Assembly (NCBI RefSeq): GCF_009914755.1
Contig: NC_060929.1
Origin: the human T2T-CHM13v2.0 reference genome, Homo sapiens
Length of the DNA: 64,000 bases
Strand: one strand, 5' to 3'
Position numbers and translations under genes: made by a program. This document shows, piece after piece, positions 43,674 through 60,299 of the stretch. Positions within the stretch are counted from its first letter, which is position 1; each line of letters starts with the position of its first letter. Under the pieces are notes generated by a model, which saw only the letters and a program-made list of their open reading frames with translations, was not told where the DNA came from and ran no database searches.

Positions 43674-44040
43674 TGTACCAGTTGTTTATAGTCGCGGTAA
43701 CAAATTACTCAAATTTAGTGACTTAAATCAACATAAATTCATTATTTTATGGTATTATGCATCTATCCTAAGTTTCATTGAACTAAAATCGAGGTGTTGG
43801 TAAGGCAGTGAGACTTTCTGAGGGTCCTGGAAGGAAATCCATTTTCTAATTTCAAAAGGCTGCCCACATTCCTTTTCTCATGGCCTCCTTCCGCCTTCTT
43901 CAAAACCAGCAAAGCTGGATCTCTCTGACCATTCTTTCATCATCACATTCTTCACTCTCTGAACAAAACTGGGAAACATTCTCCACATGTAAGTATGTAT
44001 AATTAGTTTGGACCACCTGAGAAAGCTATGATAACCTGTC
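43674..44040 (-). mobile_element. MLT1-family LTR
   Basis: gtaacaaattactcaaatttagtgacttaaatcaaca...aggctgcccacattccttt..catggcc. Confidence 0.75.
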
Positions 44041-45911
44041 TGTGAGTTCTATGAATGTAACCGACTCATCTTTAGCCTAACGATATTGTCTCTGCTCAAA
44101 GCCTTCTCTCTGCTCTGAGGTGGAGTGAGGTGGCATGAGAGCACTGGCATATGTGGACGGCATCCTGGGAGAAATACTAGTTGACTGCTGGCAATGTCAA
44201 CCATCTTTGAGTGATGAGCTAACTCCCTTTATTTTATTACACTCTATCCAAATAACATTCTAATTATAATTTGGCTCCCCCTTTAGGTTGCCTACCATGA
44301 CAATAAGTTGGATCTACTAAGCTTGTTTTCAGGTTCTCAGTGCAGGCAAGTCATCAATGATTTACACCAATACTGGTTCCCATTTTATTGTTTTGTACCC
44401 ATGATGTATTGATTATTAAATAATTTGATCATTAACTCTGTACTTTAAGTTTTTCTTGTACCAGTCTCTGTGAATACGGTTAATATGAATGTGATTTAGA
44501 AAGAAGAATGCACCATATAAGCATTGTGACAGTTCAGAACAGATTCTGGCTCATGATAGATTCACCATGATAAAACCATTCTATGAAGGCTTTGGGTCCA
44601 TTAACTTTGGGAAATAATACATAACACCCAAAATACAATATGAATCAACACTCTAAATTCATTTATGATTTGAACTATATAATCATAATAAATGACTTTG
44701 CTTAACTTTAAAATACATTCATTACTTAGAATTATACAATCAGAAAATTAGAAAAATCATAGAATGTTAAAAGGTCTTAGCAAGAATACTCTTAATACTC
44801 TAACTTCCTCCATTATTTTTTCCCACATTTATATCACCTCAGCAACAGTTTTGAAGATTATAGTAATTTGTCTGTTGAATGTTTTTATAACTATTTTTTG
44901 TACCCTCTACTTATTCACAAGATAATATTTGCCTAAATGATAATTATTTTTTAATCCCTCAAGAATCATAGAGGCAACAAAGTAATTAGAATTACTTAAC
45001 ATTTATTTTGATTTTATAATGGAACTCAGGCATAACGAAATGTTACAAGAGAATGATAAATCAGCATTCATGACACATCTATAGTATATATAATATTTAT
45101 GCATTTGTTATTATTGTTAATTATTTACTATTCCTTTAATCAGGCAAATCTGTTGCATTCCAGGATTTGAACTTTGGGTAACTTATACTCCTGCAGAGAC
45201 CAGATATCTGAAAATGTGTGTACAGAGAAAGAGGAAAGTGGGCCACCTTTATCTTTTATGACCATGCAGTAAAGAAGTTAAAACTTGCTATTTATCTGTA
45301 ATGTTTTCTCTCTTTTCTCCATACACACACTTTGAGTGATATTTTAAACAGTTTTATCCTATTTCCCCCCAAATCTTCTTCATTAATGGTTTATTGAAAC
45401 TTCAAATCCATGATATAGGCCTAAACAAAATTTTATACCAATTATCATTTGAAAGCATGTGTATTATTTTGTAATTTGTGTCAGATGCCTCTTCTAGAAA
45501 AGCTTTTACAAAGGTCATTTTTTTTATTACTGTTGCAAGAAAACAACTTAGGAAAGTTTGGAAAATAAATTTATTTGCAAATAGAAGGTCAAAGACAGTG
45601 GTAATGATTTTCAATATGCTTGAAAAAATAAAAAATTATTCTTAAAAGTGATAAAAAGTTGATTGATATTTAAAGTTATTTTATTACTTCTTATTTAGAA
45701 TTTGAAAAATAACAATGTTTTATTTTTGCTGTTTTCCTCCACATTTTTTGGTGGTAGGGAAAATTAGCATATTCAACTGTGGATTTTTCCCATATATGAG
45801 ACATAGAAATTGCATATTATCTAGTGTGGTTGCATAGTCTGTGTTCTACATTATTTATCCAGGTAAAGAATAACTCTTAGGTCGCTTCCCTAATCAATTT
45901 AGTATGAGAAC

Positions 45912-46239
45912 TGTGTTAGTCCATTTTCCTGCTGCTGATAAAGACATACCCGAGATTGGAAGACAAAAAGGTTTAATTGGATGTACTGTTTTACATGGCT
46001 AGGGAGGCCTCGGAATCATGGCAAGAGGCAAGAGGCACTTCTTACCTGGTGGCAGCAAGAGAAGATGAGGAAGATGCAAAATCGGAAACCCCTGATAAAC
46101 CCATCATGAGAATAGAGTTGGGGAAACCGTCCCCATGATTCAAATTATCTCCCACTGGGTCCCTCCCATAACACATGGGAATTATGGGAGTACAATTCAA
46201 GATGAGATTTGGGTGGGGACAAACAGCCAAACCATATCA
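45912..46239 (-). mobile_element. THE1C-like solo LTR with perfect TSD AGAAC
   Basis: AGAAC at 45907-45911 and 46240-46244. Element runs tgtgttagtcc...aaccatatca. Confidence 0.93.
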
Positions 46240-46769
46240 AGAACTTTGCAGTTATAACTCAAATCTAATTTGAACCAAATCATAAAAGGTTATATAAGGT
46301 GGTATTATGCAGGAAAAATAGAAACAGAGAATACAATTACTGGTAATCTGATGTTATTCCACTAATGCATTTAAGAGTATTCATAGAGTTCAGCCTCTCA
46401 GAACATAATAAGCTGTAAAGCGATTATATCTGACATTTCTCAGATAGTCTACCTCACATTTTTCTATTTAAAAAAATAATTCATAAAGTAAACATGAGGT
46501 TTTTTTTTCAATATTTCAATAAAAAGTAAAATGTAATAGGAACTAAAATGTAAGTTTTGGGTAACATGAAGTTGAATGACATTAGATACTAAAAGTGAGT
46601 TAGAATACAGGCCGTCACAAATTTAAAATTAAGTCAATTTTGTTTAGATGACTAACCCATATCAGGAGGGTGAAAATTTCAAACTTTTGAAAATTAATGA
46701 AGTATTTATTTGTGAAAAATTTATTTTAGAGAGAGCAGTGAGTTCCAACATAGTACTCCTATAGTGTCA

Positions 46770-47618
46770 GAGGATACAAAAATGGAAAACAGAAAGCTAG
46801 AATATTCTCTCTGTTGTAGGATTGGAAATTAAATTTGAGATATTGTGAATTTTGTTTTTGATAGATAATTCTTAAATAGATGGATAAATAGATTAGATAA
46901 ATAGATATAGAAATAATTATAACTGTAAATCTGTATGTGTGTGTTTCCTAACTCTCTGTTCTTTGAGAAAGTGAGAGAGCCAGGAACATAATTAGCACTG
47001 AAATCATGGACTCTAATTTTATTCTCCACTAGAAACAATCAGGGTTCTTTAGGAGAATAGCTCAATGTATTTAAAATTATATAATAAATATCTTAATATA
47101 TAAATAGGTAGAAGAGAATGCTCTTTCTTAAGTAAGAAGACAACTGAAAAATTTAGAAGAAATGTTGGAATTAAAAAATCACCACCTGATAACTATTGGA
47201 ATGATTATTGGTGGTACAAAATGTCAGTGAATGAATATACTGTGAGTAGAAGTTTCATACAAATTGAATACTGGATAGTCTCAAAATAATTTCCACAAAG
47301 CACTTTTTAATTACAAAGAGGCAATTACTTTACAGTGGAGAAACTTGGCTTACTTCACCAAATCAAGTGATCAAAATTAGCACATCACTAATGTGAGAAA
47401 TCAAAATTGTATATCACTTGAAAGGATGACATGATATTCTTGACAAAAAATGCATAATCTGAATATAATTATGATAAAGCATCAGATAAAACAAAACATG
47501 TGAGTATCTTGGAAAATCACAACATTATAAAAATCAAGGAAAGTCTTAGAATTTTTCGACTTGAACAAGACAAGCAAGACATGACCCATAAATGTAACAT
47601 ATGATCCTTTATTGAATT
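46770..47618 (+). mobile_element. L1MC/MD-like 3'UTR fragment
   Basis: ttacaaagag...actttacagtggagaaacttggc...caagtgatcaaaattagcacatcac. Confidence 0.6.
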
Positions 47619-48637
47619 ATTTGACCTCAGGTCAAATCAACATGTATGACCATCCAATGAATGCTTTATAACAAATGATTTTTGTTCTAACTTATTTTTA
47701 CGTCAAAGTCCTATCTACATCTGTTTAGTCAAGCTTGCTAATAATGTGATTTGAATATCATATATCATTGTATTACTAAAATACATTCATCTTCAATTTA
47801 TAGATTTTAATATTTTTCTATATTTTCTGATAGTTCACCTTTTTCAGGACTATGGTGTTATAGACACACATGTTCAGAAGGGTTGTGCCAACTTAGTTTA
47901 GTCTTCCTTTCACAAACATCAGATATTATCCATTTTACCTTTTAATATTTTTTTCATTATTTTGTCTTACATTATAATTTCTTTTCCAGCTTTCTTTTGG
48001 TGCATCTATTCCTTGTATATCTATCACATATTACCTATCTCCTATTATCTATCTTTTTCTATTGTCTGTCTATTATCTACCTTCATTATCTATCTTCATT
48101 AGCTCTGTTCATTAGTTTTAAGCATGTCTCCTAAAATAACATAGCACCAGGTCTTTTCATGTTGGTTTTGTAACACCTAAGACTATCACATTTTTAATCT
48201 CTTAATACATTTATATTTGTTTTAATTGTTGATGTTAGGACTCAGGTACTGACATCTTATTTTGTAAATACTATTTTTCATGCTTTTATTTCTTCATTTT
48301 TTTCCTGATTTTTTTCTTACATTGAAAGAAGTTTCTAACTTTGTTTTAACTGATTGATAGTTGTACATGTACATTTCTTTTAATATTTACTTATAAATTA
48401 CTAATTACCACAGTAATATTTTCCTATGTATGCATAAAGCTTACCAGTATCTATATTTTCTTCCTAAGCAATATAAGTATTATAGCACACTTTTATCTCT
48501 CTCTGATAAGTCCTCACCCTCCCATTTATCCTGGCTTAATATTTACTTGTCTTAAATTCCAGATTGTTAAGAGTGTATCTTTTATGTTCATTATTTATTT
48601 AAGAAATGGTATATTTTAGTGATTTTCTTTTACTTCC

Positions 48638-49230
48638 TGCATTAGTATTTCATTGCTACGTAACAAATATCCACAAATTTAGTGGCTTAAAACAACACAA
48701 ATATATTATCTGAAGTTTCTCTGAGACAGGATTCTAGGCACAGCTTAGCAAAGTCTTCTGTTTAGGGTTTCACGAAGCTACAGTCAAGGTGTTGACTGAG
48801 GCTGTGGTCATCTCATGACTTGACTTGTCAAGGATCCACTTCCAGGCTCTTCGAGTTCTTGGCAGCGTTCATTTCCTTGTAGTTATAGGATTGACAACAC
48901 TGGTTTCTTGCTGGCTGTCAGCTGGAGGTGACCCTCAGTTATTAGAGGCTGTCTGCTGTTCCTAGAAGATCTTTACATGTGGATTTCCAACATGTCTGCT
49001 TACTTCATCAAGACAGCAAGGAGTGTTTCTAATGAGAATCTGTTAGCAGGAAAGAGTCTTGAATGTATAAAAGTAACCTTGTCATGTGAGTAACATCACA
49101 AGAGCTTTGCTGTGTTCTATTGTTTAGAAGCAAGCCACAGATCCTGCCCAAACTCAAGGAGAAGGGAAACACAGTGGCATAGCACTAAGCCTGGGATCAT
49201 GAGGGACCACCTCTGAGTCTGTCCATCACA
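48638..49230 (-). mobile_element. MLT1 (F/G-like) LTR
   Basis: tgcattagtatttcattgctacgtaacaaatatccacaaatttagtggcttaaaacaacac...ttagaagcaagccacagatcctgccca. Confidence 0.78.
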
Positions 49231-50317
49231 TTCACCCTTGATTCCTTCCTTATTTTTCCCTTTTTATATATTTTTTTTCCTTGCAGAAGCACATGCTTGT
49301 AAGATAAGAGAGCTGTCTCAAAATGTCCTTGGAAGCTTTCATGAGGAAACTTCACAACAATTAATTTACTTGTTTATGTGTATGTGGGATTGCAACTTTT
49401 AATCAGGCTAGCTATGTAGGGTTTTAATAAAAATGTGCTTGAAAGCTCATCTTAGAGACTACTTCTATAGCATCTTCAAATGATATATTTTGTTTAATAA
49501 TTTACTTCCTGCTTAACTTAGCTACAGTGGATTCTGTTTGTAGCTAAGATGCTTGACCAATACACTAACACATAACTAGGAACATGGATTAATATTGATA
49601 TATTTTATTACATATTCTTAACTAATTAACTCTAGGTTGAACTTTCAGTACAATGTTTACACAATTAATGCAAGTGGGCATCCTTGTCCAGCTCTTGATA
49701 GTAAAATGGTAGTGATTGTGTAAGCCTTCAGTCTTACACAATTAAGTATTTATGTTAGCTGTGGGTTTATTGTAGATGAGATGTTCTTTATCAGATGGAG
49801 GAGTTTCCTTTTATTTCTAGTTTGCTGAGTGTTTTTTCTCTTGAAACAGTGCTGCGTTTTTAAAATAGTATTTTGTGCATCCATTGAGAAAATGATTTGT
49901 TTTCTTTTATTCTATTGATATAGCATATTATATTAGTGGATTTTTAAATGTTAAACCAATCTTGCATGGATAAATCATATTTTGTTATAGTCTGTAATCC
50001 TATTATATTTACTGAATGAGTTTATTATTATTTTGTTAAGAATTTGTGTATGTGTATTTATAAGAGCTGTCACGCTGTGTCCTTTCCTTGTGTCTTTGTG
50101 TTATTTTGGTTTCAGGGTAATCCAATAAATTTTGATGATAGAGTGAATTACAGAATGTTTCCTCGAGTTCCATTTTTTGGAAGACTTTGTGAAGAACAGC
50201 TATCAATTATTCTTTAAATGTGTGGTAACATTCACCAGGGATACATCCACATGTGGGCTTTTTTATATCGGTAGAATTTATTTATTTATTTAATTTTACT
50301 AATTCAATTTCTTTATT

Positions 50318-50571
50318 TGTCTGTTTGCACCACTATAACAGAATACCACAGACTAGATAATTTATAAAGAACAGAAATTTATCTCCTCAGAGCTCTGGAG
50401 GCTAGGAAGTCCAATATCAAGGCATGAGTAGATTTGGTTGTCTGGTGAGGCTTGTATTCTCTAAAGGGGACAGACATGTGAGGAGAACCTCTTAATGGAC
50501 TCACCTCTAAATACCATCACATTAAATTTTAACATCTGAATTTTGAAGGGTACACACTCAAACCAAAACAC
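50318..50571 (-). mobile_element. MSTC/MLT1A-like LTR fragment
   Basis: taacagaataccacagactagataatttataaagaacagaaattt...ctggaggctaggaagtccaatatcaagg. Confidence 0.75.
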
Positions 50572-53387
50572 CTGTTATATAAGTAAAGAAGTTCAGGTAC
50601 TTTATTTTGTCTTGAGTTACTTTGGACAGTTCGTGTATTTCTAGGAATGGTCTAATAGTAGTCACACAGTTACTCTTAGCACTTCCTTGTTGTTTTTCTT
50701 TCTGTAAGGTTGATTGTAATGCCCTCTTTAATTTGAATCTTTATTCTTTTCCTCTTGGTCAGTCTAAAAGCTTGTCAACTTAGTTTATATTTTTAAATAG
50801 CCAACATTTGATGTAGTTGATTTTCCCTGTTTTTATATTCTCTATTTAATTAATTTATTTCAATATTTACCATTTCTCCCCATCTACTTATATTGGGTTT
50901 CATTTGCTCTTCTATTTATATGGTCTTAAGATGAAAGGTGAGGTTATTTCTTTGAGATTGTTCAAATTTAGGCATTTAAAGTTATATATTTCTCTCTAAG
51001 CACTGATTTAGCTAAGCACTATTAATTTGTGGCATGTTTGTCTTAATTTGCTCTCATTTTAAAGTATTTTCTAATTTTCCTTGTGACTTCCTCTTTAATA
51101 CATTGGTTACTTAGGAATTTGTTTTGTAATGTTCACATGTTTGGGATTTTTTTTTCAAATTTTCTTTTATTATAGATTTCTAATTCTACTACAAGTGATC
51201 AGAGAATATTATATTATCTCAATCCTTTAAACTTTTTGAGAATTATTTTATAGCCTATCAAGAGTTCTATCATTAATCATATTAATGTGTTTTTGAGGGG
51301 AAAAATTATATATATATTCTAATATTGTTGAGTGCCATCTTCTATAGATATCTGCTAAGTATAGTTGGTTTATAGTGTGTTCAAGTAGGTTATTTTCTCT
51401 TGACCTTTTTAGTTCTTCTGTCAGTTACTGAAAAAGAGGAAGTGAAGTTCAAACTGTCCGTGTTAACTTGTTTATTTCTGTCAATTATATCAGCTTTACT
51501 TCATGTATTTTAGAACTCCGTCGTTCTGTAGATACAAATTTATGATTGTTATTATTTTTCCTGAAGGATTGATACATTTATTATTTTAAAATGTCCTTCT
51601 TTATCTCTAGTAACATTAATTTTTGTAATGTCTATTGACTCAAATTAATATAGCCACTCCAGTTTACTTAAGGATGTCCTTTGCATGATGTATATTTTTA
51701 TATTCTTTTACTTTCAAAATATTTGGAACTTTGACTCTAAAACATGTCTCCTATAAAAAGCATGTATATGGAACTTGATATTTATCCAGTCTTAGAGTCT
51801 CTGCCTTTTGACTTTGTTGTTTAATTCATTCTCATTTAATACTTTAATTGATATGGTTACATCTGCTATTTTACGCTTTTGTTTTCTTTGTCTCGTATGT
51901 TTCTTTATCCTTCCTTTACTGCATTCATTTCCATTATTTGAATATATTCTAGTGTAGCACTTTCATTCCCTCAATAGAATGAAACCAGTGAAACATTTTA
52001 ATCATTTGTTTTCAATTTTTTCACTACGTCTTAAAAATTTATTTTCGTTGTAGTTGCTCTAGGGTTTACCATGTAGATCTTACCTTACTGGGATATGCTT
52101 CACATGCTTCACATTTATATGGATGTAATTCTAATACTATATAGAAAGGTGACTGCTATATAGCTCTATTCTTTATTTTCTTTGTGTGTGTGTGTTGTTG
52201 TTGTTAAAAACATTACAAATACATCTGTTACAAAAAATACTTTGTTATAATTATTACGTTACAAATTTGTATGACAAAGAAGTTAACAAAAAAGAACAAT
52301 TATATATTTGTAATTTTTATATTAACCTTTTAATTTATCTTTTCTGTTATTATTTGTTCTTGTGGATTCGAGTTAACATCTTATCTAGTGTCATTTATCA
52401 TTTATTTTTGTCAGTACAGCTTCCTCCTTATTAGTTTTCTTTGTGCTGTTAGTCAAATTTTATTTCTATACATTATAACACAAACAGTGCAATTATTTAC
52501 ATAAATTTTTATGCAATTGCTATTTAAATCCATCAAGACAGGACGTACATTTCCAATATCATTCATAATTAAACAATCTCTATTTTTGTTGCTCTTTTTA
52601 TCATGTGGATTCAAATTAATGTCTGAGGTTACTTGCTTTCAGCATGAAGAACTTCTTTTTAGTATTTATTTCCAGCTGGTTTTGATAGCAACATATTAGT
52701 TCAGTTTTTGTTTATCTAGGAATGTTTTATTTCACCATCAATTTTGAAAGGTATTATTGATGGACATAAAATTGTTGGTTAGAATTTTTTCTTTCGAAAC
52801 TTTGAATATGTCATCTCACTTTCTCTTGATGTCATTGTTTCTGCTGAGAAATGAGCTGATAAATTTGTGAGGGTTACCTTGTGCATGTCATGTGTTTTTT
52901 CTTTTGCAGCTTACAATAATTTATCTTTGTTTTTGTCTTTCACCATTTTTACTATGATGTGTCTAATTGTGGATCTCTGTTTATCCTAATTAGAATTTTT
53001 TTAGCTTCTTGAAGTTATCAATTAATGTTTTTTTAAATCAAAGTTTAAAATGTTTCCATCCTTGGTGTTTTTTTAAATATTTTTTCTGCCCCTTTCTCTT
53101 TCGCTTCCCTCTGGTACTTCCATTACACTTAAATTGGTGCGTTTAATGTTTTCTCATGTCTCTGAGGCTATGTCATTTTTTTCTTCATTTTTATTTTTTG
53201 TGTTCTTCAGATTTTATAATTTATTGATCTATCTTCCAATTGACTGATTCTTCTGCCAGTTCAAATACGCTATTGAGCTAATGTAGTATATTTTTCATTT
53301 CAATTATCAGAATTCCCCTTTGACTTTTTAGAATAAGTTATATCTCTTTATTCCTATGCCGAAATTCATAACACATTGTCTTATATT

Positions 53388-53700
53388 GACCGGGTGCAGC
53401 GGTTCTCACCTGTAATCCTAGCACTTTGGCATGTTGAGACATGAGGATCTCTTGAGTTCAGGAGTCAAGACCAGCCTGGGCAACACAGTGAGACTCTGCC
53501 TCTAACAACAACAACAAAACAATAGCCTGACATGGTGGTGCACACCCGTACTTCCAGCTACTTGGGGGGCTAAGGCGAGAGGATGACTAGAGCCCAGGAG
53601 GTTGAGGCAACAATAAGCTATGATCATGCCACTGAATTCCAGCCTGGGTGACAGAGTAAGCCTCTGCCCCCGTACCCCCCCAAAAAAGGAAATACATACA
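53388..53700 (+). mobile_element. AluJ-like element
   Basis: gaggatgactagagcccaggaggttgaggc...agctatgatcatgccactg. Confidence 0.9.
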
Positions 53701-54164
53701 TAAATATATTGTCGTATATATTGTTTTACTGTTTTAAACATGGTTTCCTTTAGTTCTTTGAACATGCTTATAATTGCTGCTTTGAAGTGTTTATCTTCTA
53801 ATTCCAACATCTGAGCCCTCTCAAAAGCAATTTCTGTTTCTTCCTTTGTTATGTTTTGGTTTGGGTTTTGGCTTCGGCTCCTTTGTATGAATCACACTTT
53901 CCTGTTTCTCTTTCTTTATATGACTTACAATGACATATGATTTTTGTTGTTGAAAACTGGAATATTTATATCTATACACACACATGTGCACACACACATG
54001 CCCACACAGACACACACACATTCCACATTCTATAGCTTTGTCATTGTTTTTGTTTGGGTATTAACAATTATATTACCTGGTCTATCTTCTTCCATTTTCC
54101 TTCACATGTAACCAGTTAAACATTGTGTTAACAATTAAATTTATGACTAATTTTTGCAGTATTA

Positions 54165-55550
<1,386 letters not shown>

Positions 55551-57944
55551 GGAAGTATTTTTTCTGAAAAGTAACGGGGAATGCTTGAGGATAGTCTTAT
55601 GTTCATTGTCTTAGCAATCAGATGATTACAGTATAAACACACAAACTAATAAGTACTCCTCACATTGAATTATATATAGCAGTGAGAATGAATGATGTAC
55701 ATAGCATGCAAGAATAGGGAGGAACCTTCCAATTATAATGTTGAGCAAAAGAAGACAGACACTTGCTATCTGATTCTACGTATATAAAGTAAAACAGTAA
55801 ATACAACTACTTTTGCAGTTTAAAAGTCAGGATAATTGTTACCCATCATTAGTCTGGTAGTGACCACAAGGGGGTATTGAATTGTTGGCAATGTTCATCT
55901 TTTTCCCATAATGTCCATTACATGAAGTGTTCATCAATTTATTACAATTAGTTGAAAAAATCAGTTAAGACATTTGCACTTTCCTATACATGTTATAGTT
56001 TGATAAAAAAGTTTTAAAAATAGAATAATGATACCTGTTTTATTAAAAGACTGCTCCAGTAAACCACCTGCTGTTGATCTTACTTTCTAATACATTTCTA
56101 ATACATCTTTCTAATACATTTCTAAATATATCTGTGCCTTTATTAGTAAGACTTGCTTCATTGGGTAGAAGAACAAATGAACAAATATTTCTAAAAAAAA
56201 AAGGTTAATGTTTTTCTTAAACATAAACACATCCTTAGATATATATTTACAAATAGGCTAGGACATCATTAGGTTTCCTATTTTCCACCACATGAATCAT
56301 TTTTACATGTAAGTCACAATTGATTAGATAATGCTCCCATTGTTGCAAAAGTTTTTACTTGTTCATAAATTTTCCATTAACTAACATAGCACATTGCAAC
56401 TTTTAGGACAATAAAAAAGAGTTAACATAAGCTGAAAAACACGTAGTTTAGACTGAAGTAACTAAATAAGTGCAAATACATTTCTGATAGTCTTATGAAA
56501 ATCAATTTATTATTGCCCTGATTGAAAAAAAATCTCTTCAAGATATTAAACACAAGCAAATATAAAATACATGACATGTGATTAGCTCAGTTCATATTTC
56601 TCTACCAGAAAAGTAAGCTGAAACTTATTGCTGAATAGTGCTTATTTTCTTTTATTTTGAGGGAGAAACTTACAGTTTTATACAGGTGCTTTTATCCAAT
56701 ATTTCACTTATTTTTCCCTTGAAACTTTACAATTTGTAATTCTGGGTTAATAATTCACTGGAAACAAAGTTTGGAAGTAGATGAGGTATAAATAATAAAT
56801 GAATGGGTCTTAGTTGATAAAATATTAATATATTGGTCAAAAGTAGATAATGATTAATTTTTCAGCCCAAATTTCAACATTCCTGTCAGGTGAGAAATTT
56901 ATAGGATGAGAAAACAATGATGTACTGTAACCTGCCATGAACTATTTTTATTCAATCACAACCTGGACTGGAGAAAGAGTAGTTAATTATCCCCACCTTG
57001 GTGGAAATAAATAATGGAAAAACATGTTGCTGAAAAACAGTAGATGTCTTTAAATCATTAATGAATGGGAGAGTTTGCAATAGAACACTTCAATTTGGGT
57101 GAACCTCTATTCTGAAATGCCAAATCTCTTTTATCCAGACATTAAATGTATTACTTTAGGAATTCCTTCCTTCGTGGATATTTTGGTCCAGGGTAGAAAT
57201 CTTAAATTATTGATTAGATTACCACTAGGCTGTCATTTACAATAGTATCAGCTACAGATAAACTATCGTGCTGCAGTGGGAGAGCTTCAAATCTCATCTT
57301 TAATGCTATCAGAACAGAGTGCACCTAGGAATCTCTCTACACTCAACCTCAAAGATTTATGAGCTTCCAACCCAAATACAGCATTGTATTTCGAGTATCT
57401 TGGGAAATGAATCAGACAGTCAACATCGTTTATTTGAACTGGCATTGGCATTTATCCACAAGTGAATAATAAGACCCCCTAAGGTGAAGATAGCAAGGAG
57501 CAGTCATTTTAAATTTTAAAACATGAGTATTGGTCTAACACCAGGGGAAAAAAGTAAAAATTTTTTAAATTAAACAAATTTTAAACTTTTGCAATAAACA
57601 AATATATGTTTGTTGTCTTCTAATGTTTGTGTACATTTCATAAATCCATGTCATGCAAAGTAGTAATCTTCATTTTAATGTCATCGCTTTTGGTTTTATT
57701 TGATCATACCTTCTTAGATATAATGAAGTTCTAATCACCTAAAGGCAAGTTGTCCACAGTGAGTAAAAATGCTGAGGAATAAACATAATGAAAAGTAGGT
57801 TTTACTCTGATATTGATATCCCCCAGGATTTTCAATATTGATATTGAAAATGTGTTAAATATAAAACTAAATAATAAACCCAAATAAACTGGATACCATC
57901 AACTAATTTAAAAATATTTAAACTATGACATTAACTCAAAGAAT

Positions 57945-58148
57945 TAGCTTTTCTCTTTTCTTTACCTTCCTTCTCTCCTTCTTTCCTTCCCTCCTTCATT
58001 CTTTCTCTTCCTCTCTCCCTCCATCTCTCCCTCCTTCCCTCGCTTCCTTCCTCCTTTTGACCTTCCTTCCTTCCCTCCCTCCCTCCCTCCCTCCTTTCTT
58101 TCTTTCTTTCTTTCTCTTTCTTTTCTTTTCTTTTCTTTTCTTTTCTTT

Positions 58149-58212
<64 letters not shown>

Positions 58213-58295
58213 TTCTTCCTTCCTTCCTTCCTTCCTTCCTTCCTTCCTTCCTTCCTTCCTTCCTTCCTTCCTTCCTTTCTTTCTTTCCTCTTCCT
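57945..58295. repeat. ~350-bp polypyrimidine compound microsatellite: (CCCT)n, (CTTTT)n, (CTTT)n, (CCTT)n
   Basis: Directly visible. The overlapping 134-aa ORF is a low-complexity artefact. Confidence 0.97.
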
Positions 58296-58561
58296 AGTAC
58301 AAGTTAGGATTAGAATTCAGAATATCTGATGAGCTGTGGAAAAAAATTATTCTGGTACTGAAAAAAAATGCCATTTGTAAATACATAATAAAGCATTGAA
58401 ATATAGAATTAAAAAAAGAATAATGATCAATTAATATGATTTTAGAAAACAAACTTTTCTAGTAAATTGATAAGGTAAAGATAAAAATCATAATTCAGTT
58501 AAAGCTTAATAATAGCATGTATGTTCTTAACCTACCATCACTTACATTTTTAGTTAAGTGA

Positions 58562-59018
<457 letters not shown>

Positions 59019-60299
59019 GAAAATAATTTTTTTTAATTAAACTTCATGGCTGTAAGAATACAAGGGCATTTAAAAATAAATAACCTCACAGTATGATGTT
59101 TTTCAAAAAATGAAAATTAAAAAACTGTAAGCACTAATTAATGTAAACATTGATAAACTTTATTACATAACAATGTTGACAACTAGATGATGATGTCAAA
59201 GTGTAAAACCAACCAGAACAACTACTGCAGTTTTTAGAAGTCTTTAAATTGTAAATGCAAATGATAAGTCTAGGAAAGTAACTGAACCCAAAATGACAGA
59301 CTAGGTTCTAATTTCTAGAAAATATAAATGAATGGGCTAAAAAAAAGTGGTCCAATTTTTTCAATATTGAGAAAATATCTTGAAAAAAATCTCTCTTGCA
59401 AACACACACACACACGAATATACAAGTGATTATAAAACAAATGAGAACATAGTCACCAAAAATTAAATCTATGGAAATGCAGAAAACAATAATAGAATGC
59501 TATTTTGGCTCATCATATTAGTTACATTTAATTAAAAATGTTTAATAATTCACCTTGGTGAAAACACAGCAAAAATGTGCATAGCTATTAGTCTATCATT
59601 GTTTATAACAGAAACACACATACTACCAAATTTTAACAACAAAAATGAACATAAAGAGAAGAACAATGATACAAATTGTGATGCATTCATTACAACAAAA
59701 TACTGCACATACCATATTTAGTAAAATGAAATACATCTATGTGTTCTGATTGTGAAAATTTCCCCATAACTTTTGATGTTGAACATGATACAAAATATGG
59801 CTGTCCATTGTGTTGTAGTTGTATCTATATAAGACATTTTTCCAAAGATAAGAGAATAAATTGTAGAGCTTTAATTTTTATTATTAGTATCTGTATTAAT
59901 ATTCTTATGTTATTATTATTCTATAATTACAATATTTTATTGCTGAACCTCTTTGTTATTCTCATTTAATTATTAGTGATAAACCAGTTTAAATTTTTTA
60001 AAAATAACATATTTAACATGTTTTTAAAAAATCCTGAAATTGTTGCAATTCCATTTTTGTTGGGAGGAGAATAGATAGCCTGAGAACATAGGCTGCTTGG
60101 TTCCTTGCAAGGCATGGGGGTGAGAGAGCAGAGCCCCATTACTAGGAGATCAGGAACAAGAGCAAGAGAGAGAATAGGAATCACTCACGCCCTTTACGCC
60201 TATTAGTGTTTACCTGGTATTCTCTTGTATAAAATGAGATTCTGAAACTAAGAGCTCATGAAGAGTCCTTCAAAAGCTATTCTTCTTTTATACAATCTG

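Larger units (their letters stand above)
49620..53960 (-). mobile_element. Long, heavily decayed L1M ORF2/ORF1 region with nested MaLR and Alu
   Basis: gtgggcatccttgtc, tatgttagctgtgggttt, ttctagtttgctgag, tctgctgagaaatgagctg in T-rich sequence. Confidence 0.75.

Noticed and set aside
56082-56126. Short tandem (TTTCTAATACA)-type repeats resembling a repeat array
   Set aside because: Simple slippage repeats without unique spacers.
57828-57851. 11-bp perfect inverted repeat ATTTTCAATAT-TG-ATATTGAAAAT
   Set aside because: Very AT-rich and short, with no TSD or transposon ends.
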